A stretch of DNA of 64,000 nt from Malacoraja senta (taxonomy: Eukaryota): assembly GCA_038087875.1 (NCBI GenBank), contig CM075998.1:1800001-1864000 (forward strand), read 5' to 3'. The notes beneath the pieces are model-generated. The model searched no databases. It had not been told where the DNA came from and was given only the letters and a program-made list of their open reading frames with translations. The translations under genes and the position numbers were made by a program. Shown here piece by piece: positions 39,961 through 52,938 of this stretch. Numbering within the stretch: position 1 is the first letter of the stretch; each line of letters opens with the position of its first letter.

Positions 39961-40793
39961 GACAGAACAGGATGTTGGTTGCAGCAAGCATTTAGTCAAA
40001 GGAGGACCTGGGCAAGAATGCCATATTTACTAAAACCTGATGAAAGTATTTGACCTTAAACATTTTTCTCTCCACAGGTGATTCCCACTGCCGAGTCTTT
40101 CCTGTATTCTCTGATTTCATTTCAAATTTCCAGAATTTACATATTTTGCTTTTGGGTAAGCCTTAATGAAATATTAGAATTATGATCTTATGCCAGATGT
40201 GGTGTCCTGGCGTGATTTCCATGAGCCAATGGGTAGACCAGGCATTGCCAAATCAGCGGTGCTTAGAGAGGGCACTTGAAAACTGAGGAAGTAATTTTCC
40301 TTTTCATTTTGTGGCACTCCCCCTAACCTGACAAAAATACTCTGGCCCAGAACTAGTATCTGCAGCAGCAGAAACAGCACCACAGAGCCAGTACTGGATC
40401 TGCCCGATTTCACAAACTGGTGAGTTGCAACCAGTTGCCAGCCATGTGTTAAAAATGCTTGACCACAAGACAGGTTGGGCCTCTTATGGCTTCTAGGAGC
40501 CAAGTGACACAATTGCAATGCTTACCACCTGTCTGGTTATCATAGTGAGCCAAAATCAGTCCCAGTACATCAGAGTGCACAGCAAGTCCACAAGTGCTGC
40601 TTTATATGCTATGCCATGCCATGCCAGCAGGATCCTTGACCAATCAACAATATATTTTGTTGAATCACATTCAAAGCTTCTCGTCACTAATGCATGGTTA
40701 TAAAATGATCCCAACCAGACGTTGCAATCCATTCTCATTTAATGTACCTGTAAGTGCCTTAGTCTGCAATAAAAGACATGATAAATGCACTTA

Positions 40794-41123
40794 TTTAGTT
40801 TAGTTTAGTTTAGAGATACAGCGCGGAAACAGGCCCTTCGGCCCACCGAGTCCGCTCCGACCAGCGATCCCCGCACACTAACACAATCCCACACACACAC
40901 ACACACACTAGGGACAATTTACATTTACACCAATCCAATTAACTTCCTGTACGTCTTTGGAGTGTGGGAGGAAACCGAAGATCTCGGAGAAAACCCACGC
41001 AGGTCACGGGGAGAACGTACAAACTCCATACAGACAGTACCCCTAGTCGGGATCGAACCCGGGTCTCCGGCACTGCAAGTGCTGTCATGCAGCGACTCTA
41101 CCGCTGCGCCACCATGCTGCCCC
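40794..41123 (-). mobile_element. HE1-like V-SINE
   Basis: A/B boxes, body, (taaac)n tail. Confidence 0.9.
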
Positions 41124-41454
41124 AAACAAAACATTTAAACAAGATATCCCTGCACTTAACTTTAAAAGCATGCTGATAGCCACAGAGATAGTTCTGCATA
41201 TCCCAACGAGGTCAGTTACATCATTTGAAGGTAGGGGTAGAAAATTCAAGAGAATTCCCTCTAAGCACAGCCTCGTGTGATAGTTCAAGAGTGAAAAGGA
41301 CCAGGGCCGAGATCAACAAATTCTGCCCGTTGAAGCGTCTTGCACCAAGGAAGCTCCAGTCAATATTGGGGAACTTAAAGTCAAACACTATCACTTCCCG
41401 GTTGCTTTTACATCTTTCCATAATCTGTCTACAGATCTGTTCCTCTACTCCTTA

Positions 41455-41768
41455 AACCCCTGTCCCACGGTACGAGTTCATTCCACGAGTTCTCCCGAGT
41501 TTGCCCTGATTCGAACTCGGAGATTTACGGTAATGGCCACTCGTCGGTACTCGGGGCTCTCGTGGACATTTTTCATCATGTTGAAAAATCTTCACGAGTC
41601 TTCCCGTGCTTACCTGCCGTTAGTGAGTCTTCCCGAGTACCTGCCGCTAAGCGACGCCCCCGAGCTCCGACGTACCCGCTACGTTCATTCTCCGTGCTTA
41701 CCACGAGTTTGATTTTTTTAAAACTCGGGAGAGCTCTTGGAATGAACTCGCACCGTGGGACAGGGGTA
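41455..41768. mobile_element. PIF/Harbinger-type MITE (second family)
   Basis: TIR acccctgtcccacggt.cgagttcattcca ... tggaatgaactcg.accgtgggacaggggt; TTA at 41452-41454 and 41769-41771. Confidence 0.82.
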
Positions 41769-41834
41769 TTAGGGATTTATGGTATAATCCCAATGGAATG
41801 ATTGCACCTTTCTTATTTTTGAGCACTACCCATG

Positions 41835-42106
41835 GATAGAGTGAATGTGGAGAGGATGTTTCCAATAGTGGGAGAGTCGAGGACAAGTGGTCATAGCCTC
41901 AGAATTAAAGGATATTCTTTTAGGAAGGAGATGAGGAGACATTTCTTTAATCAGAAGGTGGTGAATCTGTGGAATTCTTTGCCACAGAAGGCTGTGGAGG
42001 CCATGTAAATGGATATTTTTAAGGGAGAGATAGACAGATTCTTGATTAGTACAGTTGTCAGGGGTTGTGGGGGGAAGGCAGGAGAATGGGGTTAGATCAG
42101 CCATGA
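41835..42106 (+). mobile_element. CR1/HER1-type 3' fragment
   Basis: Matches 17256-17545. Confidence 0.85.
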
Positions 42107-42107
42107 C

Positions 42108-42853
42108 TTGGAGATGAACCTGGGGCTGGTTGGTGGAGGACGTCTCTTACTGAGACTGATATTAAGACCAAGCAGCTCTGTCACTTCTGCAAATCTGGAC
42201 AAATTGGAGGTCAGACTCCGTGTGTGCCATGAGAGCGCAATCATCCGCAAAGATGACGAGGCGTTCAAGACTTTTGGTCTTGGCATTCAGTCTACGTAGA
42301 TCAAAGACAGCGCCATCAAGTCAGTACTCGATGAAGACCCCGTGATCTAGATCTTGGAGGGCATGACGCAGAACGAGAAGAGGTTGAACAGTACTGGGGC
42401 AAGAACACAGCCTTGTTTGACTACATTGGAGATGTTGAAGGGTGCAGAGAGGTCGCAGTTTACTTTCTTCTGAGACACTGCTGATCAGACAGTTGAGGAC
42501 CACCCTGGCCAGTATCTTCCCAGCAATGGACAGTAGGGAGATGCCTCGGCAGTTGCCACAAGCCGCTTTGTTGGCTATTTTATTGAACAAGGAGACGATG
42601 ATAGCATCCCGAAATTCGCTAGGCATAATTTCAATCTCCCATATGCTTGTCAGGATGTCATGGGAGGCATTCAGAGCCTCGGGACCTGCTGCTTTGTAGA
42701 TCTCCGCGGGGATTCCATCCATGCCTGATGCTTCGCCACAACTGGTCTGGCTGATGGCTTCACACAGGCTTGGGGCGAGGTCAAGGTCATCCAGTGACAG
42801 CTTCTGAGGAATGTGGTCTCCAGCGGCTGGATCAACACTGGAGGGTCTGTTGA
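42108..42853 (-). mobile_element. RTE-clade LINE RT fragment with internal deletions
   Basis: GMDGIPAEIYKAAG...MPSEFRDAIIVSLFNK...CGNCRGISLLSIAGKILARVVLN, and RFAEVTELLGLNISLSK. Confidence 0.8.
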
Positions 42854-42909
42854 ATTGAGTTAAATGCCATTAGCAGCCCTCGTATTTACCTGGTCCAGGT
42901 CTTGCTTCA

Positions 42910-43012
42910 TTTTCTGAAGAGTTGCAGATGAACTTGAGCATCCCCACTTCTGACCTTATGACAGAAGCAAAGTCACTGAGGCTGCAGCTGAAGGTGGTTG
43001 AGATCAGGATAC
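42910..43012 (-). mobile_element. Old CR1-like RT fragment
   Basis: Minus strand approximates S.L.PT.FSC...D..S.IRSEVGML, the region before the FADD motif. Confidence 0.5.
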
Positions 43013-44004
43013 TTGGCACTTTATAACGCCAATGAGAAGCATTTAAACTGTGCTACAGCTGAACCATGATGGAGTTGGCATTCTTCAAAATGATAGTAAA
43101 AAGTTGAATCTTCTACATACTGTCCAGTTTTTTTCTTTAAGCATTTGTAACAATTATTTCTGTGTGTTATGCCTCCTGAAGCTGCACTGAGTAACGACAG
43201 GTCAGTAATTGGAAAGCTGTCTGTGTTGATCCTTGTGTATCTCCATTTCTTCAGTTAAAGTGTTATGGAAACATAGTCTAGCTTAGCGAAACCTTCTTAT
43301 AATGTCTCCAGCCGCTATATTTATCCGCAGAGGGTTCATGTCAAGGAAATGTAAACTGTTATTTTCACTGGCATATCATGTAAATTCTTGGCAACACAAC
43401 CACCCGGTGACAAGAGCTGTGCTTGGAATACGGAGAAGACCGGACGGACCAAAGATGAGGGATGAGACAGCAATGATTGAAGGATAAAAAAGAAGTCTTA
43501 GCCCCTTTGCTCAAATCAATCCAGTTGCCTCAGTCAAATCTACATGCAACTGCAGGTCCCGGAAACATATTTCATCATCAAACAATCCCTCTGTGTTGAT
43601 TAATCTAAGCTGATTTTCGAGAATACACAAGAGTTGCTTTACTCATCAGAAAATAAGAATTATGATTTAATTTATTGATCCATTTGAAATATGTTGAAAA
43701 TTTATCTTTGCTGGAAATGATATAGTAGGTGCTTGTGTGATACTGTTTTATATTTCACTTGTATGGAGAATCTACGTTTTTTTAGGGAGCCTTGTGCATG
43801 ACAAACAGCACATATTCAGTAAAGGTAGTCCAGAAACCGGATCTCATTGCACATATTTTTTTTCCACGCTTTGTTTTTAGCAGAAGGGAATTGTGTCAAC
43901 AATGTTTTAAGATAGGATTACAATTTTGGTGAAAATGACCCAGGCACTTCCAGTTGGAACCCATGCTGACATGTCCGACCTCTATGCAGCATAAGATATG
44001 CAGG

Positions 44005-44575
44005 CATGTCCACTACAACTCTCACCAACTTCTACAGATGCACCATGGAAAGCATTTTATCAGGATGCATCACAGCTTGGTTTGGGAACAGCTCCAACCA
44101 AGACCAAAATCGTGGACGCAGCCCAGAGTGTTACACAAACCAGCCTCCCTTCCATTGACTGTATACACCTCACGCTGCCTCAGCAAGGCCAGCAGCACAA
44201 TCAAGGATGAGTCACACCCTGGCCACTCCCTCTTCTCCCCTCTCCTATCAGGCAAAAGGTACAGAAGTGTGAAAACGTACACCACCAAATTCAGGGACAG
44301 TTTCTTCCCAGCTGTTATCAGGCAACTGAACCATCCTACTACAACCAGAGAGCAGTGCTGAACTACTATTTACCTCTTTGGTGACCCTTGGACTATCCTT
44401 GATAGGACTTTGCTGGCTTTACCTTGCACTAAACGTTATTCCCTTATCATGTATCTATACACTGTAAATGGCTCGATTGCAATCATGTATTGTCTTTCTG
44501 CTGACCGGTTAGCACGCAACAAAAGCTTTTCACTGTACCTCAGTACACGTGACAATAAACTAAACTAAACTGAAC
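44005..44575 (+). mobile_element. Rex1/Babar-type LINE 3' fragment
   Basis: LTNFYRCTMESILSGCITAWFGN...IKDESHPGHSLFSPLLSGKRYRS, 3' UTR and (aaact)n tail. Confidence 0.88.
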
Positions 44576-45561
44576 AATTATGTAACATTACTGGCACCAC
44601 ATCTCTGAGCCCCTCCTTGCCATGTCTGGCGAACGACTGTCATATGACAGTCACAAAAAAGCATGGGGTCCTCGCCCTTAAAACCTTCAATGGAACATGA
44701 AATAAAAGCTCGCCATTCTGGCTTTGAAGTTTTGATCATAACATCTGATAGTCATACTCCAATGGTCAGAATGTTTGTCTAATCAATTTTTATTGCGCCA
44801 TGGTCATTTGCATCCTCTTTATTTTGTGTGCTTCGGTGCATTAGCTCGTGCTTCATTGTGCATGGGACCATTTGCCAGTTAATTGCGAGGGGATTAGCCA
44901 TACACACTGTAGATTGCACAGTCCTCCCTGCCCTGTTTTCTCCCCCACCTCTATGGCTTCATTTTATGCAGCTGGTCTGTAGCTCCCATGGGGAAGAAGT
45001 CTTTTGAAGATGCAGCAACCTTTGCAGTGCACAGCTCAGCAAAGACGTGGCAGTCATGATAATTCTCTGGACCCCCTGCTTTGGAAACATATCTCGGGAC
45101 CTACCACTTTTTTCACAATAGGAACAAGACAAAACGATTTTTTTTTTAAAGCAATTTTACCTTTTTTTCTAAAATGGGGATTCGAACCAGCACTTGTGTT
45201 CATTGCATGGCTCTTTAATGTACCTAAATGGATCCAATCCAACTTTTTAGCCAGATATGTTTTTGACGGCCACTAGCCACAATAATCCATGGATTTGAGA
45301 TTACATTGTGAAGTACATTTTCTTCTAAACTTTCTTCCTTTAGTAGTTTCATGAAGACAATAGTTGACAATCTTAGCATTTATTCATGAGTATTTCACAA
45401 CATCCTTTCAAGCTTGACTTTTTTTTAAACCAGATTTACTGAACCCCCCCTCCATTTTAACTGTAGTTGCTGACACATAGGAAATATACCATTTGGAAAA
45501 TTCAGATAAATGCTTACCAGAATTTATTTCTCTCCACAAATCTTAAGAGAGCAAGATTTAT

Positions 45562-46207
45562 TATTTTTTAAAAATATTTTTATTTTATTAGAAGCAAGTA
45601 CAATATATACAATCATATTTTCATAATACATTTTATGTACAGCTTCTTATTTTTTTTTTTATAATAAAGAAGAAAAAGAAAAAGAAATTAGATAATGAGG
45701 TATAGAAAAATGTGAGATATATAGTGTGTGGAAAAGAAAAATAGAAAGTGAAAGAAGAAAGTTAAAGAATAGAAAATAGGAAAAAGAGAATAAAAGAAGA
45801 AAAGGGAAGAAAAAGAAAAAAGAAGTAAGGAGATCTTATTTATAATCTTGACCATCCCTCGCCCAGTCACGACACAGTTAGCTTTTACAATTGTGTTGCA
45901 CCATATGATTCCAAAAAGACGACAAATGGAGACCAACTCGTTATGAATTGGTCAAATTTATCTATTAGGAGGAATCGCATTTCCTCAAGATGTGCGGTGT
46001 CCAACATACTTGCAATCCACATTTTGAGCGTTGGTATTGGTGTATTTTTCCAAAATTTAAGTATTCATTTTTTTGCTATTATTAAACCATAATTAAAAAA
46101 TAATTTTTGAGATGTATTCAATTTATTCCCATCTTCCATTACCCCAAATATAATCAATTCATTATTAGGTTCCATTTTTATCTTAAATAATTTTGTGAAT
46201 ATTTTGT
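45562..46207 (-). mobile_element. L1-clade LINE 3' end with 11-bp TSD
   Basis: Frameshifted NYGLIIAKK..LKFWKNTPIPTLKMWIASMLDTAHLEEMRF...QFITSWSPF resembles the fish L1 ORF2 C-terminus. T-rich UTR, AATAAA and A-rich tail. gcaagatttat at 45551-45561 and 46208-46218. Confidence 0.75.
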
Positions 46208-46897
46208 GCAAGATTTATAATGTGGGGCAAAAGTGTATATTGAGAAGAGAAAGAATAAACATAACGAAGTTAAAAAAAATAAATAGACATCTTTTCTTCC
46301 ACCCACCCATCCTACAGCTAAACTCTTCTGCCAAGTAAAATTACTCAGGTTTCACTGAAGCGTTTAAGAAACTGATGTTTCTGTCCCAGTGGCTCAGAGC
46401 AGTGTTTGCATGGCACACATGAATACATTTGAAGGCTGAGAAAAATCAAAGTCATCCAGCTGACAACCTGGAGAAATAAACCGCAAAGCTGTAAAAACAA
46501 GAATAAAAAGGACAAAGGAAATAAATATACAAAGTGTGGTTAAACTGACAAACATCATTTGTCAGGATTGTTAATTGACTGCCCTCAATTGAATTGTGAG
46601 CAATGACAAACTGCACAATTGTTTAGCATCCCTTTTCAAAATATGTTGCAAAATATGTATGGACTTAAAATTGTTCACATAATTGTTCTTCCGTTTGTTT
46701 TAAAAGACCAACATAAGCCTGACTCTTAGCCTTTAGCAGAAATGAGCATATGTTGTATTCAGCAACCTTAGGTCAGCTCCTACGGCCTCTGCTGAACAAA
46801 TGTACCTTGTAGTATTCCCCAAGTTTAAATGCAACAAGGAAAACAGAGCAATGTTATTCTTCAATGTATGAATTCCATTCTACTTTCACTTGAACAG

Positions 46898-47105
46898 AAA
46901 ACAAACTGCTGGAAAAAACTCAATGGGACTGGTAGCATCTGTGGTGGGAATAGATAATCGATGTTTCAGGTCAAAACCCTGTCTTAAGTCCTGATCCGAC
47001 TGAAACATCGGCTATCCCTTTGCCTCCACAGATGCTGCCTGAACCACTGAGTTTCTCCAGCAATTTGCTTTTTGCTATAGATTATAACATCTGCAGTAAC
47101 TTGTG
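46898..47105. mobile_element. Old fold-back PLE-derived element
   Basis: Diverged inverted arms (ctgctggaaaaactca...gcatctgtgg / ccacagatgc...tgagtttctccagca). Similar old copies at ~29535-29710 and ~32000-32155. Confidence 0.65.
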
Positions 47106-47981
47106 CCTCTGCTTTCACTTTTGTGTTTGATTCAAGTAATAAGATGATTTCATTATAATTTTCATTTTGTTTTTATAAATGCATTATTCTTTTATTTTTC
47201 TGTAAAGTCACTTTATCATCTTTAAATCCAGCATCTATTCCGTGGCGGAAGCAGATGATCAAGTGGTCTCCGTCTGTGCTAAAAGAAGTAAAACGGTATC
47301 CATGATGGGTTATCCTTTCTGTTTTCAAAGCCACAGGATATTTTGTGTACCATTTTAGTATCCAATTCTCAAAAGGCAAATCTCTACATCGTCTCCTGAT
47401 CACCTGGTGTAAATTTATGTGAAAAGTCCACAAACAAAACAGAAAAACACTCAAAATGGAGTTTGGATCATTTTTCGATTTATCCAGTGAACTAATAATG
47501 GAATCTTGGTAGGTCCTCCATAGAGATTTATTTCCATTGATTTATAGGTGAAGGTTCAAAAAAGAACAATATGGTAATTCTGGGACTTTGAGCAAAAAGA
47601 ACTGTGTGAAGAATAAACTGGTGAATAAATCAAGTTTGAGGCAGTGATAAAGACTCCTTTAGTTTACGCAGAATCCTGGCCCTCAGAAAAATACTTGATC
47701 GTATTAGCATCAAAAGAAACTTGAGTTTTGTTCAGTTTAGCAAAAATGTGAAGGGTTAATTCATTAGTCAGTCTGCTTATAAAGGAGAAGCAGGATTTGA
47801 AACATCCATGTGTTTTGTCCCCATGAGGATACATAAGCTTGTCACTAAGGTAGAGTATTGGCTCATTTTTAATTTCTTGGCTAAACAAGACAACCAAAAG
47901 TTCAACCTGAATGTTGTTTATATTGAAAAAAGTCAGCTGTCCACTATTTCCTTCTCTTGAAATAAAAGTGTTCCATTAAAT

Positions 47982-48157
47982 GGGTGGCACAGTGGCACAA
48001 TGGTAGAGTTGCTGCCTTACAGTGCCAGGACCCGGGTTCCATCCTGACTATGGGTACTTGTCTGTACGGAGTTTGTACGTTCTTCCCGTGACATGCCTGG
48101 GTTTTCTCCTAGATCTTTGGTTTCTTCCCACACTCCAAAGGTGTACAAGTTTGTAGT
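47982..48157 (+). mobile_element. HE1-like V-SINE, 5' half
   Basis: tRNA-like head and body, 3'-truncated. Confidence 0.82.
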
Positions 48158-48310
48158 TATTTTCTGTCACAGCCTGAAACACCATTCCCATTGGGCATGT
48201 CCAGGTTATTCGGAATGGAGAAATCACGACATGTGAGCCCCACAGAATTATACCCCTTGCATTTCATTTGGAAAGATACAAGTCACTATCTGGCTAAAAT
48301 CTAATGTTCT

Positions 48311-48588
48311 TTTAGTTTCGAGATACAGCACAGAAACAGGACCACCGAGTCCACAACGACCAGCGATCCCCGCACATTAACACTATCCTAGTCACACACT
48401 AGGAACAATTTACATTTATACCAAGCCAATTAACCTACAAACCTGTACGTCTTTGGAGTGTGGGAGGAAACTGAAGATCTCGGCGAACGTACAAACTCCG
48501 TACAGATAGCACTCGTACTCGGGATCGAACCCGGGTCTCTCGTGCTGCAAGCGCTGTAAGGCAGCTACACTACCGCTGTGCCACCCCG
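48311..48588 (-). mobile_element. HE1-like V-SINE
   Basis: B box ggttcgatcc, body, tail. Confidence 0.85.
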
Positions 48589-51500
48589 TAATATGCTCGT
48601 AAAGATTTGCAAGATGATGGGATGAGTGGCTGGGCATCATCCTCCACTAGTCAGCTGTCCAGAGGTCAAAACTCATAACAAGTTTGGTGCTCTAAATTAT
48701 GGGGTTATTAATTTGTAGGATTACTGAGTCAAGCAAACAATAAACGGACTGTCTGCCAGTATTATAAATGCCGTTGATTCATGTAACGATGCGTGCTAAA
48801 CACTGATCACGTAAAAAGCTAAAAAGGTTCAGAACCCCATGAGTAACTGATAGCCCCCAAGGAGCATTTCTATAAGCAATGCAGATCACATTATCATCTC
48901 CCAATACACTTCAGTTGAACTAATGCTTTCTTTTTTGCACAATGAAAGAATGAAATACAATCATAACAATTAATTACATTTATTAAATATAATTTAATAT
49001 AGTTAATATTAAATTGCCTAGAGTTGGTATCGCTCCTAAATAAGAGTGCTAAATCTGTGTTTTCCAATTAACCTAGGTGGTATTTGATTGCAATCCTTGT
49101 GAAAATGTCTAATTCTGCCTTGAGTACGCAACCAACGCTGCCTCTAAGCTGTTAATGCAAGGGCCACGGTGATTAATGGCTCAATGCTATCCACCTGCCA
49201 ACCCATTCCTATGCTAATCGATGTCTGAGCCCTAGTCCTTAAAGGGAACTCTCCACTAAATCACATCACTGTTGATTTTAAAAAAAAGCATTGGTGAAAG
49301 TTGAGTCATAGAGTTACACTGTACAGAAAGAGGCCCTTCTGTCCAACTCCTCAATGTTGACCAAAATGTCTATCTGACCTAGTCCCATCTGCCTTCGTTT
49401 GGCCTATTGTTGTATATGTTAAACATGAACATAAACATAACTCTGAAAATAAATGATTATTTTTGCCACATTCAGCATGAGTCTTGACTGAAACACATTG
49501 CTAGTTTATTTTTGGTGGTGTGTTGGTTTATGCACAGTATTCATAATTATTCCTGAAATATTACTTCAAAAAATAAATCCACAGTTCATTGCAACATATC
49601 ATCAACTTTAAAATGATAGCTGGTACAATATAATGTAAATACTCAAACCCACAACTATTCAATTAGACAAAGTAAAAAAGCAAAGCAGAAGACTCTATTT
49701 CTTTTCAACCAAATGCATTATTCTCTGGGATGTATACATTGCAATCAGGTTATGGTTAAGTGTTTAAAACTGCATAAATTGTGCCACTGGGAGTTGAAAA
49801 ATAAAGATAGTACCTGATGAGTGGATTTCAAAATGTCCTCAATCAGATCTTTGAACATCGCAATACCTCCTTATTGTCTCATGCATGCATCAAAGGTCAT
49901 CCAGTGCAAATCTAATAGGAAACACAGAGAAAATACATTGATTCATTCCTTCTGCACCTACTCGGTGCCAAAGACTCTACAGGTATTGGTGTGGCTTTAA
50001 CATTGATGTTCTCCTTTATATTGTGGCATACGGTAAATTGGGGGATGTTGGGTTGTCTAAAATGACTCTATCACATTAGGGCTGAGGGCTATGGTCACAT
50101 GAGCCACCACAGGTAGTGCTGTAGGTCAATTGCTGAATATGTTGCAGGTTGATTTCAAGGAGAAAATATCAATCAGTGACCATCTCTTTAAGAATGCATA
50201 GCTCCTTGTTGAGATGCAGGTGTTGTTTGCAGTTGCAACTTGTCCTTTACTCAACGTGACCCTTTTCTAATCCTCAATATGAGTCAAACTTGTGGTATTG
50301 TACACGGCACCCATACTACTGTGAGATGAAAGTACAATCCCATCCAATCCCATTTCAATGTCTAGTCATTTTAATTGACTAGGTTGAAATTCTAGTATTC
50401 TGCACGCTTCAGGAACAAGAATCAGTAAACTCAAATATCGACTGAAACACATAAAATACACTAACTTGAAAGCACAGAAATATTGCTTGAATTTACTTGA
50501 TATTTTATAGATATCACACAACTTTAATTGCAACCTCACAGAATCTCTATTAATACTCCAGCAATGGGGAGAAAATGTAAGGAATATGAAAATGCAAGCA
50601 ACTAATGCATTAATATTCACAGCAGAGTTTCTGCCACCTTAATTTCCTTCTGGGTTCACATTTTGCCACAGAGGAATTTCTAGTCAATAATGAGTTGGTG
50701 TGAGCACTTTAACCGATGAACAGAGGCAATCAAATTGCAGCTGTATCAATATATCTCCACCTATGTGTAAAAGAATAGATGTGAGCCTAACTATATGTTT
50801 GCAACAACCTTAACAAATAAAAAAAACTGTAAAAATGGATTACCATGAAAGGAAATTTTGCTTTGAATTAGTTCAGTCCAACAAACGAACGAGAGATACG
50901 AGGAATTGCTTTATGAGGTTGATTCTAAAGGGCAGCAAACAGTAACAAAGTTTCCAGATCATTTTTCCATTTAGTACGTGAACAAACTAACGTAAAATTA
51001 ACAGGGGAATATATTCTTGACTTGTTTTCAACAATAATAGTTGCCCTGAATGAAAATGAGCACACTAACCCATCAAAAAACAATTCATCAAGATGTAGAA
51101 ACAGAAATAAACACTGTCAGACCAATTTTATTCCTGTAATTAGATATTGCTTTACATCTAATTTATGCAAATACCGTTGTGAGTAAATTAGGCATGGTGT
51201 TAAACATGGGTTTTGAAAATGCACATTACACCATCAAACGTACAGCTGTAAATGTGTTCACGCTATTTTCCTAATGGTCTGTTTGATTATAGATTACACA
51301 TTAGTGAGGCACATGGACATTAACTCCTGGGACTCATTTCTATACCACCAGCCAGCTCCCCGACTGAATAGGGCCAAAAGAAGCTGTTAGTTAAAATTAA
51401 CTGCCCAAAACTACACCCCGCCATTTTCTCCTGGGCAGGACAATGAACATTCTCCACCCGCCAACTTGCCCACTGGAATAGCTACGTCAAGAAAAAGCAA

Positions 51501-51705
51501 CAAATACGCGTGGAACTATAACTCAGTTTCACATGAGGGAAGAAGCAAAATGGGCATGAACAGTAAAATACAAAGTACTCTATTTTCTAACTTTAGAGTT
51601 ATTCAAACACTAGAAGAATTTAGTGGATTATTTTTCTCACCTTCAGCAACCTGTGGAATAATCTCACTGTCTATTTCACAGGCTGGCAGCATCACAAAAT
51701 GAGAT

Positions 51706-51905
51706 ATGTAGGAAGGAACTGAAGATGCTGGTTTACACCGAAAATAGACACATAATGCTGGAGTAACTCAGCGGGACAGGCAGCATCTCTGGAGAGAAGG
51801 AATGGATGACAGGTCTGAAGAAGGGTCTCGACCCGAAAAATCACCCATTCCTTCTCTCCAGAGATGCTGCCTGTCCCGCTGAGTTACTCCAGCTTTTTTG
51901 TATCT
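51706..51905. mobile_element. Fold-back PLE-derived insertion with 15-bp TSD
   Basis: atcacaaaatgagat at 51691-51705 and 51906-51920. Hammerhead at 51815-51843 is mutated at GAAAC-GUC. Confidence 0.85.
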
Positions 51906-52719
51906 ATCACAAAATGAGATGGCTCTGTTAATCAAATGCTGTTGCTGACCTGTCTTGCCGAGAAACGTTTTGAATTAAAAAAATTGATTAATTAATATAA
52001 AACACACAAAGTTGGCACTTTGGGAGCCAAGATACATGTCAAGTAATTTTGCTAATGAAATGAAACATTATCTTATCAATAATTGATAAATCCTAAACAG
52101 TTCAATCAGAATGGCATGACAATTTTCCCTCTTGCATTTAATAATTTAGTAAGACAAAAAAAGTTACCGAAATTAATATTCATGAGAATTTCTCGTGTCA
52201 GTAGAGCTCAGGGCTTCAGTAACATCAGTCAGCCTGGAGTTCGTGCTTGCATGAAGCAGGTGACTGATGCCTTATTTGCAAGAACAAACTCATTCATTAC
52301 TTTTCCCACAGGCACCTGGAAGCAGCCAGATAGCATTCTAAGTCCAGGTCAATGACTACACCCATATCACCCTGAGGATTCCTTCACATAATACGACTGC
52401 TTTCATTAATTACAGGGCTTCGTTTAAGGCTCAATTGGTAAGTAATGATTACCCAGGGATCATAGAGGTTTGTGTCCACTTTCCTGACAGCAGCTATTTG
52501 TATTCCACAATGTTATTGTCACCTATCCTCTCCACTCCCATTATGTGTCTCAGCCCTACAATCAGTAAGTCGTTAAAAACTAGTTCTTCCTGACTGTAGT
52601 TTGTTATAGGATGCAGTACTTTTTGTTGTGCAATAGAGAACAAAATATGGAGTTATCTTTGGAAGAAAACTTTCAGCATAATGGTGCAGTAAGTGGCAAA
52701 AATGTATGCTTAAATGGAC

Positions 52720-52938
52720 AGTGGAATTCTCTGCCTCAGAGGGCAGTGGAGGCAGGTTCTCTGGATGCTTTCAAGAGAGAGCTAGATAGGGCTCTTAAAA
52801 ATAGCGGAGTCAGGGGATATGGGGAGAAGGCAGGAACGGGGTACTGATTGGGGATGATCAGCCATGATCACATTGAATGGCGGTGCTGGCTCGAAGGGCC
52901 GAATGGCCTACTCCTGCACCTATTGTCTATTGTCTATT
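52720..52938 (+). mobile_element. CR1/HER1-type 3' tail
   Basis: WNSLPQRAVEAGSLDAFKRELD, (tattgtc)n tail. Confidence 0.88.

Noticed and set aside
39340..42853. A single fragmented RTE element spanning both RTE pieces
   Set aside because: Domain order on the minus strand is reversed (RT upstream of the endonuclease linker), so they are probably separate copies.
49814..49911. Exon-like segment on the minus strand (polypyrimidine-TAG acceptor, CAG|GTAC donor)
   Set aside because: Stop codons in all three frames and no supporting homology; such signals arise by chance.
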